From contig OZ024741.1 of assembly GCA_964016885.1 (NCBI GenBank), positions 224,502,001 through 224,566,000 on the forward strand: 64,000 nucleotides of DNA, read 5' to 3'. Position numbers and translations under genes: made by a program. The notes under the pieces are model-generated. The model searched no databases. It saw only the letters and a list, made by a program, of their open reading frames with translations, and was not told where the DNA came from. The stretch's first letter is position 1; every line of letters begins with the position of its first letter. This DNA is from Eledone cirrhosa. Lineage: Eukaryota. Shown in pieces: positions 53,060 through 64,000 of this stretch.

Positions 53060-53280
53060 ACAGTTGATCAACTTTCGTCAAATCGGACTGAGGAAACAAT
53101 GTTTCCGTTGGTCTTTCCAATTGCTAATACTATCTATCAGTCGCAACTCCAGGTAGAAGGAGCAACGTGAAATAAAGTGTCTTGCCCAAGGACATAATGC
53201 ATCGCCTGGTCCAGGAATCAAACTGACAATCTCACGATTGCGAATCCAGTTCTCTAACCAATCAGCCATGTGCCTTCACT
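53060..53280 (-). mobile_element. Family-B SINE variant with tRNA head
   Basis: GAAGGCACATGGCTGATTGG...CAGTTTGATTCC...CCTTGGGCAAGACACTT. Confidence 0.8.
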
Positions 53281-53829
53281 ATATATATATAAATATATAA
53301 ATATATAAATAAATATATATACATATATAAAAACATATTTTGTACATGAAGTTTTGACAGTAAAAAAACTCCCATGTATATATGATATATACATATACAC
53401 ACATATATCATCATCATCATCTTCATCATTTTACGTCCGTTTTTCCCTATGTATATATATATATATATTGATTATTATCGTCATCACTGCTTGATGTCCA
53501 TTTTTTCTACTAGCATGGGTTAGACGAGTTGTCCCATTGTAAGACAAGCCAGATAAAATGAGTGTGTCTTGCTCCTCCAGAACTGATTTGGGACTGGTTT
53601 CTATGGCTGGATGCCTATCCTAATGCCAACCTCTTTTTTAAATTATATTTTGCATTATATTTTGATATTTACTCTTTTACTCTTTTACCTGTTCCAGCCA
53701 TCCAGCTGAGGCCATGCTGGGGCACCGCCCTTGTTTATAGGCATTTTTATGGACCATGTCCAATATTCGTGCTTTTTCACTCTTCACGGGTGCTTTAGGA
53801 ATGTAACTCCCGTGAATACCGGGGGACAA

Positions 53830-53863
<34 letters not shown>

Positions 53864-54339
53864 GTGATATATATATATGATGGTGAACTAGCCTGTTTTT
53901 AAATTACCTTTTTGGCATATTAATCTGTGAGAATCTTGGTTATCGAGTTGAGCTCTGCTGAGGATCGAATTCCAACCGTGACCATCTCCACTGAAAGTTT
54001 TCGTGAAATAGTCTTTAAGACTATACAGAGCATTTGAAGTTTTTTCCAAATTGAAGGATGAGTATTTTAAGCTTTATTTTATCATGAGTTAAGGCTCTAT
54101 TGATTTTTTCCCTGGATTTCACTAAATTCTGTGGATGAATCTATATCCTGATTCTCTTTGAGATGAGTTTGAATTATTTTTCCCACATCTTACGTTAACT
54201 ATTTTTCCCATTTTGACGCTATAGTCACTTATATATTATGGAATACTGTTGGCTTTTCGCTACAATGTTTTCTATACCTTTCATTTATATATATATATAT
54301 ATATACATACATATATATATCCTCAGCTATATATATCAT

Positions 54340-55740
54340 TATTATCATCACCCCTGTTTAACATCAACCTGTGCACATGCAAAGGTGGATTTTCTGTATT
54401 ACTGCATGATGCCAGAAATCTCCTGAGAGATGCAATTGTACAAGGTCAGCCTTTATCACTTCATCCCAAGTCTTCCTATCCTAGCTTCCATCAACTTTGA
54501 ATGCTCTGCACCTTTTTATGCAGCTGTCATCCTTTATACACATCACGTGGCCATATACCAATGCAATCTCCTCTTCTGCACACTGCATCTGATCCCTCTT
54601 ATGCTCAGTTTCTCTCTCAGTTCAATTATATTTTGCCATTCATGCATACTACTATTACACATCTATTGAAGCATGCCAGCTTCATTTCTTTCCAATCTTT
54701 ACTGGTTCTCTGCACACAGTGCCCAGGTCTCACTACCATACAACATTGTTGCTTGTATGCATGCATCATACAATCTGCCCTTCATCTTGAGGGAAAAATC
54801 TTTTTTAGCTAGCAGGGGTAGTAGCTCCCTGAACTTTCTCCATCCTGTTCTCACTCTGGCTACTGTACTTTCGGAATATCCATCTCCACTGCTAATTTGA
54901 TCACACAGGTAACAGAAACTGTCAACTGCTTCTACAGAACCTTTCAAGAATTTGATATCACTTGTTTCCTGTGAGTATTTACTGCTTACTGCTCCTGTGC
55001 AACCATTTAATTCCACGTTGTGCTTCCAGGTCAGGAATTTTTTCTCTAGTTATGTCATAGATTCAGCTATGAGAATTAGATCATCAGTATACAGGAGTTC
55101 CCAAGGGCATCCTGTTTTAAACTCTTCTGTTATAGCCTGAAGGACAATAACAAATAGGAGTTAAGGATGGAGCCTTGGTGGACCTCATCTTGCACACTAA
55201 ACTCTTCGCTATAGTCATTATTAATTTTAACCTTGCGAACATCACCTCTGTATATGGCTTGTACTGCCCTCACATGTCACTTTTCTATTCCTAGCTTTCT
55301 AAGTGCTCACCAGATTACAGAACAGGGGACCTCGTCAAAAGCTTTCTCCACGTCAACAAATGCCAAGTAGAGAGATTTGATTTTAGCAAAGTACTTTTCC
55401 TGCAATTGCTTCACAAGGGTGAGTACATCTGCTGTACTTTTTCTTAGCACAAATCCAAGCTGCATCTCTTCTAGGTTAATTCGATCCCTAATCAGTTGTA
55501 CAATGATTATTTCTGTAACTTTCATAACCTGATTTATCAGTTTGATGCTTTGGTAGTTCTCCCTGTCTAGGGCATCACCTATGCCTTTGAAGCAGTTGAC
55601 ATTATTGTTGCTATGACAGTCATTGAGTATGGCACCATTTTTTTGTATTACTTGGTTTACAATATGGGTAGTTATGGTGTGTCCTACCATACCGGATGCT
55701 TTCAGCACCTCAATAACTATTCCCAATGACCCTGCTGATA
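54340..55740 (-). pseudogene. RTE LINE fragment
   Basis: YLAFVDVEKAFDEVP, TGWRKFRELLPLL and MLYGSETWAL. Confidence 0.92.
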
Positions 55741-55754
55741 TAGATATCCATATA

Positions 55755-57228
55755 TCATCATCATCGTTTTTACATCCATTTCTCCATGTTTACATGGGTT
55801 GAATAGGTCCTTTGTCATCTGCTTTATGAGTCTCAGTGATTTGAGATCAGCTCGCACCACCTCCGCCAAGGTCTTCCTTGGTCTACCTCTACTGTAGTTT
55901 CCTACCACTGGGATTTTCTGGTACTTCTTCACCCAGCGATCATTATCCATGCACATCACATGTCCATACCAACTCAGTCTTCTCTCTTCCACATCACTTC
56001 AAATTCCTCTTAAACCCAGTTTCTCCCTCAGTTGATCTAGGCTCACCCCTTCTCTCACATTTACATTGCACATCCAACAAAGTATGGTAGCTTAATTTTT
56101 CTCCAGTCTAAGCATGTTCTCTGCAATCACTGCCCATGTTTTGCTACCATGCAGCATCATATTTCAAACACACACATCATAGAACTGTCCTGTATGTAGT
56201 GAGAAACTTTTTGCTGTCAACAGTGGGAGTAGCTCTCTAAACTAACTTCTTCCATTGTATCCTTATTCTAGTCATTATAAGTCTCAGAGCACCCTCCTCC
56301 ATTGCTAACTAGATAACAGAAGCTATTAACCATTTCTGTGGATCCTTCACGTGATTAGAAAAGTCTTCCCTTCCTGTTAGTCTATCTGTTATCCCTACAT
56401 CTCTTGTGTACTCAAGATTTACATTGTGTACATCGTATAGCATTTATGCCCACTCCTTTACTACATTTTGAGCAGAGTCATTTTTCTGAAGGAATCAGGA
56501 CCCTATCTTCTTTCCTACTTACCAGCACTTTAGTTTTGGCTAAATTTATCAAACCTTTCATTCCAAATCCTGTTTCTATAGTCAGAACTTATTCTCTAGT
56601 TCTTTTATGGATTCAGCTATGAGGACCAGCTCATCCAAATAGAGAAGTTCCCATGGACAGCCAATCATAAATGCCTCTGGAGAATTATGATGAACAGCAG
56701 TGGGCTGAGAACCAAACCCTGATAAACTGCTACCTATACCTTGAATTCCTCACTAAACTCACTTTTCTGACAGCTCCTCTTTATATGGCTTACACTGCTC
56801 TTACAAGCCATCCTTCTGCACCCAATTTCATTAAGGGCCACCAGATAACAGAATGAGGTACTCTGTCAAAGGCCCTTTCTAGACCAACAAAAGCTAGATA
56901 TAACAGCTCATTCTTGGCTAGGAACTTCTCATGTATTTGTCTCACTAAGAAGAGGGCATCTATAGTACTTTTCCCAGGCATAAAATCGAACTGCATCTCA
57001 TCTAATTTGACTCTTTTCCTAATAGGCTGTGCTAGAACTCTTTCTGTTATGTTGCTCCAACTATTTTTTCTTGTTCCATCTATTTTATCTTTATCCTTGT
57101 AGCAATTTATGATTGTACTGTTTCACTGGTCATTGGGTATGAGTCAGTCATGTATTACCTGATTGACTATGTGGCATACTAGGTTGACTCCTACTTCTGA
57201 TGCTTTTAGCACCCGGCAACTATCTTAT
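55755..57228 (-). pseudogene. RTE LINE fragment
   Basis: QFDFMPGKSTIDA, YLAFVGLERAFDRVP, RRLSWYGHVM and GRPRKT, with a (TGA)n tail. Confidence 0.9.
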
Positions 57229-57444
57229 ATATATATATATATATATATACCTATGTTGGCTAAGATATGAACAATAAGAGATAAATGTGATAAATGACAT
57301 TACTTGTACAACACATTGATGTGCATATTAAACTGCATTAGTGTGTACTGTTATGTGCATTATAGTACAGTAGAGTGCATTATGATAAATCTTACTGAAT
57401 ACATTCTTTCTGCTCAGTCACCCTTGTCACCTTTATCATCTCCC

Positions 57445-58420
<976 letters not shown>

Positions 58421-58456
58421 ATAAGCATTCTAATCATAGTAATTTTTGTTCATTAC

Positions 58457-58462
58457 AGTAGT

Positions 58463-58524
<62 letters not shown>

Positions 58525-58638
58525 AGGTAGTGGCAGCAGCAGTAGTAGTAATAGTAGTAGCAGCAGCAGCAATAGTAGTAGTAGTAGTAGTAGTAGTAGT
58601 AGCAGCAGCAGTAGTAGTAGTAGTAGCAGCAGCAGCAA

Positions 58639-58692
<54 letters not shown>

Positions 58693-58806
58693 AGGTAGTG
58701 GCAGCAGCAGTAGTAGTAATAGTAGTAGCAGCAGCAGCAATAGTAGTAGTAGTAGTAGTAGTAGTAGTAGCAGCAGCAGTAGTAGTAGTAGTAGCAGCAG
58801 CAGCAA

Positions 58807-58845
<39 letters not shown>

Positions 58846-58920
58846 CAGCAGCAGTAGTAGTAGTAGGAGTAGCAATGGTAGTAGTAGTAGTAGTAGTAGG
58901 AGTAGCAATGGTAGTAGTAC

Positions 58921-58971
<51 letters not shown>

Positions 58972-59108
58972 CAGCAGCAGCAGTAGTAGTAGTAGGAGTA
59001 GTAGTAGTAGTAGTAGTGGCAGCAGCAGTAGTAGTAATAGTAGTAGCAGCAGCAGCAATAGTAGTAGTAGTAGTAGTAGCAGCAGTAGTAGTAGTAGGAG
59101 TAGCAATG

Positions 59109-59151
<43 letters not shown>

Positions 59152-59330
59152 GAGTAGCAATGGTAGTAGTAGTAGTAGTAGTAGTAGCAGCAGTAGTAGT
59201 AGTAGGAGTAGCAATAGTAGTAGTAGTAGTAGTAGTAGTAGTAGCAGCAGTAGTAGTAGTAGGAGTAGCAATAGTAGTAGTAGTAGTAGTAGTAGTAGTA
59301 GCAGCAGTAGTAGTAGTAGGAGTAGCAATG

Positions 59331-59370
<40 letters not shown>

Positions 59371-59624
59371 CAGCAGTAGTAGTAGGAGTAGCAATAGTAG
59401 TAGTAGTAGTAGCAGCAGTAGTAGTAGTAGGAGTAGTAGGAGTAGCAATGGTAGTAGTACTAGTAGTAGTAGTAGTAGTAGTAGTAGCAGCAGCAGCAGT
59501 AGTAGTAGTAGGAGTAGTAGTAGTAGTAGTAGTGGCAGCAGCAGTAGTAGTAATAGTAGTAGCAGCAGCAGCAGCAATAGTAGTAGTAGTAGTAGCAGCA
59601 GTAGTAGTAGTAGGAGTAGCAATG

Positions 59625-59655
<31 letters not shown>

Positions 59656-59666
59656 GAGTAGCAATG

Positions 59667-59703
<37 letters not shown>

Positions 59704-59803
59704 CAGCAGTAGTAGTAGTAGGAGTAGCAATGGTAGTAGTAGTAGTAGCAGCAGTAGTAGTAGTAGGAGTAGCAATGGTAGTAGTAGTAGTAGTAGTAGT
59801 AGT
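58457..59803. repeat. (AGT/AGC)n repeat with higher-order blocks
   Basis: Visible. Confidence 0.96.
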
Positions 59804-60439
59804 TAGAGAGTCTGTTGGTTTAATTGCATTGAATTACATTTTTAAAATTAATTGATGTTTCATGTTTCATCATGTGTTTTTTGTAGTGTTTATACAATGT
59901 TTATGTTTTGTTAATGTTTTCATTGTGTTTATATATTTTTGTTATGTTTATACTTTTGTGTTTATGTTTTGTTGATATGTTCATGTTTTTGTTATGTTTA
60001 TGTTTTTGTAGCATTTATGTTTTTCTTGTGGCATTTATGTTTTTGTAATGTTTTTCTTGGGGTGATCATGTTTTGTTGAGTTTGTGTGTTGTTTATAGTT
60101 TTGTTGTTATGTTTATATTTTTGTTGTATTTAAATATTGTTGTTGTATTTTTGTATTTATATGCTTTTGTTGTTGGAGTTAAATGTTTTTGTTGTGTTTT
60201 TATACTTTTTGTGTTGTTTTTAAATCTCAGTCTTTTTTTTTTCTTTTTCTTGTTTGCTTTTTAAACCATTTCTCATGGGGCTATGAACTCTTGTATTCAT
60301 TTTAACACTGTCAACAATAATTAGAATTGTTTTGTTGGGGGTCTCTTTCCTTCTTTGACCCCTTTTGAACAGGTTATTGATATCATCATCATCATCATCA
60401 TCATTATCGTCATTGTCATCATTGTTTTTATACCCACTT

Positions 60440-60645
60440 CATTGGCAGAAAGAGTAGATCATCAGATAAAATGCCATTGCAGTATTTATTCTGGGATCTT
60501 TACATTCTGAGTTCAAATCCAACCAAAGACAACTTCGCCCTTATCCTTCTGAGGGGCGATAAGATAAAGTACTAATGGAGTCGATTTAATCAACTTCGCC
60601 CTTCCCCCTAAATCTGCTGGCCTTGTGCTTAAATCGGAACTCAAT
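60440..60645 (+). mobile_element. Old family-A SINE
   Basis: GAGTTCAAATCC plus degraded body. Confidence 0.75.
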
Positions 60646-61679
60646 GTTGGCATCTGTTAGTCAAGATTTTTAGATGGCAGTTTTTCTATGTCAAGATGCC
60701 ATTTCAAGTGCCAACATATACTTTATTCTTGAGTATGGTATCTACTCAGAAGCATCATCATCATCATCGATTAACGTCCATCTTCTACGCTAACATGAGC
60801 TAAACAGGTCCTATTTTGAAGCATATTGTGTCGATGACTGTGTCTCACTCAAATATGGGTGTTTCTGGCTGGTTTTCTATGGCTGGATGCCCTTTCTAAT
60901 ACCAACCACATTTTCAGTGTGGGCTGGGTGCTTTTTGCCGTGTCTCCTACACATCCACTTTACAATGTGAACTAGGGAAAATAACACCTACGGCAAGCAG
61001 TGAAATTGCGCCCCTGCCCAAGCACTGTATTTTCTCCTATTGGCCTAATAATTTATATAAAAAAGTTTAATGATCCAGTCACCATAGTGTTCTCACCCAT
61101 GATAATCAGAGACAGATCATACATCTGAAGGAGTTTCTTTTTTCACTCTCCAACGAGGTTTATTTGACTTTAATAGAATATACTCCTAGTCCAAGTGGCA
61201 TCCATGGCATGTGCCATGCTTGCCATACCCTAGTTACATCTCTGTATCTACTGCTCACTTTTATTAGCTGCAAGGTATGTTGCTTATAATTTTCAACTAT
61301 ATATATTCTAAGTATAGCTATGATGGTTTACACAGAAAAGGTGGTTAAAGTAAATTATCCAGACATTATTATCAAAGTCTGTTGATGTATCAGTTACAAT
61401 ATGTCTCTGAAAGGAATGTAGAATATATCCTGTTATAAAGATCTGGAGACAGAGACAACCAGAATGTTGGGATTGAAAACAGAAACAATCTCCATAATAA
61501 TAGATGCCTTGGATGTACAGAAAAATACATGACCAAAATACCATGATTAACACATATACACATGACATACAGCAAATAACACTACCAGGAACTACTCAAC
61601 AAATGATTTAAGACCTTTTTTTTACTTATAAATCTTATAGATCTCATGGTAGGCTTCTCTACTTTTTAACCTATCCTAT

Positions 61680-62225
61680 ATAACAGTCCATCACCAACTC
61701 CCTGATTTTCAGACTTCATCATCTTTAGCTCTGTCTTTCGTGGTCCAACCTTTTCTTTGCTTCCTTCCACATTCATTTCCATTACACCTCTCATCCAGTC
61801 ACTTTCATCCTTCCCCAACACATGACCAAACCATCTCATTCCATTTCTCTTCACAACATTCATCCCTGGCTCTTTTTCCATCCCTCCTCTCACTTAGTCA
61901 CTTTCATCCTTCCTCAACACATGACCCAACCATCTCATTCCATTTCTCCTCATAACATTCATCAGAGGCCCTATTCCCATCACCCAGTCACTTTCATCTT
62001 TCCTCAACACATGACCCAACCATCTCATTCCATTTCTCCTCATAACATTCATCAGAGGCCCTATTCCCATCACCCAGTCACTTTCATCTTTCCTCAACAC
62101 ATGACCAAACCATCTCATTCCATTTCTCTTCACAACATTCATCACTCCTCTCACCCAGTCATTTTCATCTTTCTTCAATACATGACCCAATCATTTCATT
62201 CACAATCTCTTCACAACATTTATCA
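61680..62225 (-). mobile_element. RTE 3' fragment expanded into ~90-bp tandem copies
   Basis: Repeated MRW(F/L)GHVLRKDESDWV. Confidence 0.8.
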
Positions 62226-62957
62226 CTACTAGACACTGCACACATACCATATAAAACTATACAGAGTAACTCTCATTTCAATACAATTAAAATTCTAATA
62301 GAAATTATATAAGCAAACACAGCCGCCATCCAAGGCACACAAATCTGTGCTTGGTTTATGCAATGAAAGCATGCAATAACAATATGACTACAGGAATAAT
62401 AGTAATAACAACAACAACAACAACAGCAACAACAACAATATAAAACAGCAAAATAAACAAATTTAATCTTAATTATCCCCAATCATCATCATTATCGTCA
62501 TCACCATCATTACTATCATTCCCATTAGTATAATTTCTTAGATTTCTATATTTTCTTTAAAAAACAAACAAAACAAAACAAAACTAAACTAAAAAAAAAA
62601 AAGCATAATAATTAAAAATTAAAAATAAATAAAATAAAATCTTCTTTCTTCATAATTCTCAAATCAATACTTCATAAAATTTGATTTGAGGAATTGAGCA
62701 ATTTCATCATTATCGAAATAATTAATATTGATCTTGCCAAAATACCAGAGGTCATTTTCAGGGTTGATCAGCAACGAGTTATCTAATAAGAATTTCGGGA
62801 GTGTTTTATTGAAATAGAAATTAACTGTTTCTCCAATTTCAAATTGTTAATTCAAATAATTTGAATTTTGAGAAAATTGATAGCACAAAACTTTAAAGCA
62901 TTTACATTTCAATTATCAAATAGGGTTTCATTTACTGTCAGTGGCAGAGGTGACAAT

Positions 62958-64000
62958 GGTAGTGGTGGTGGTGGTGGTGGTGGTGGTGGTGGTGGTGGTG
63001 GTGGTGGTGGTTGGTGATGGTGGTGATGGCAGGATGGTGGTGGGGTGGTGATGGTTGTGGTGGGGAAGGTGATGATGGTGGTGGGGATGGTGGATTTGGA
63101 AGGTGGTAGTGGGAAGGTGTTGGTGGTGGTGATGATGATGGTGGTGGGAAGGTGGTGGTGGGAAGGTGGTGGTGGGGAAGGTGGTTTTGGTAGGGGTTGA
63201 TGATGGTGATGGTGGTGATGGCAGGATGGTGGTGGGGTGGTGATGGTAGTGGTGGGGAAGGTGATGATGGTGGTGGGGATGGTGGATTTGGAAGGTGGCG
63301 GTGGAGGTGGTAGTGGGAAGGTGTTGGTGGTGGTGATGATGATGGTGGTGGGAAGGTGGTGGTGGGAAGGTGGTGGTGGGGAAGGTGGTTTTGGTAGGGG
63401 TTGATGATGGTGATGGTGGTGATGGCAGGATGGTGGTGGGGTGGTGATGGTAGTGGTGGGGAAGGTGATGATGGTGGTGGGGATGGTAGATTTGGAAGGT
63501 GGCGGTGGAGGTGGTAGTGGGAAGGTGTTGGTGGTGGTGATGATGATGGTGGTGGGAAGGTGGTGGTGGGAAGGTGGTGGTGGGGAAGGTGGTTTTGGTA
63601 GGGGTTGATGATGGTGATGGTGGTGATGGCAGGATGGTGGTGGGTGGTGATGGTTGTGGTGGGGAAGGTGATGATGGTGGTGGGGATGGTGGATTTGGAA
63701 GGTGGCGGTGGAGGTGGTAGTGGGAAGGTGTTGGTGGTGGTGATGATGATGGTGGTGGGAAGATGGTGGTGGGAAGGTGGTGGTGGGGAAGGTGGTTTTG
63801 GTAGGGGTTGATGATGGTGATGGTGGTGATGGCAGGATGGTGGTGGGGTGGTGATGGTTGTGGTGGGGAAGGTGATGATGGTGGTGGGGATGGTGGATTT
63901 GGAAGGTGGTGGTGGAGGTGGTAGTGGGAAGGTGTTGGTGGTGGTGATGATGATGATGGTAGGGAAGTTGATGATGGTGGTGGGAAGGTGGTTTTGGTAG
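62958..64000. repeat. GGT-rich ~204-bp higher-order tandem repeat
   Basis: GATGGCAGGATGG recurs at ~63025, 63217, 63421, 63625 and 63828. Confidence 0.92.

Noticed and set aside
53908-54020. Open minus-strand segment with AG/GT ends
   Set aside because: The phase is incompatible with exon 48361-48426, and the sequence resembles a common repeat.

Overview
This is eukaryotic, AT-rich, repeat-saturated DNA. The SINE, RTE and Tx1 families look like those of coleoid cephalopods (Octopus-like); that is recognition from memory, not a search result. Almost all long ORFs in the track are translations of micro- and minisatellites. Recognisable content includes two tRNA-headed SINE families (one forming head-to-tail arrays), decayed RTE LINEs, Penelope-like RT/GIY-YIG fragments, an R4/Dong-like REL-endonuclease retrotransposon, a hAT transposase fossil, a Tx1/L1 scrap and piggyBac-type MITEs. 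Two candidate minus-strand exons (48361-48426 and 42119-42161) may be the end of an unidentified host gene. The most notable signal is a set of ORF-less elements carrying Penelope-type minimal hammerhead ribozymes (HHRs), mostly next to (TA)n. One is a young ~530-bp unit in inverted plus tandem arrangement (27986-29265) with an intact HHR preceded by an octamer and a TATA-like palindrome, a candidate retrozyme or satellite-2-like circRNA source. A second HHR family lies at 4702-4769. A third family (23-24 kb, 38.8 kb, 39.2 kb) shows covarying stems and hammerhead core nucleotides in a non-canonical order.
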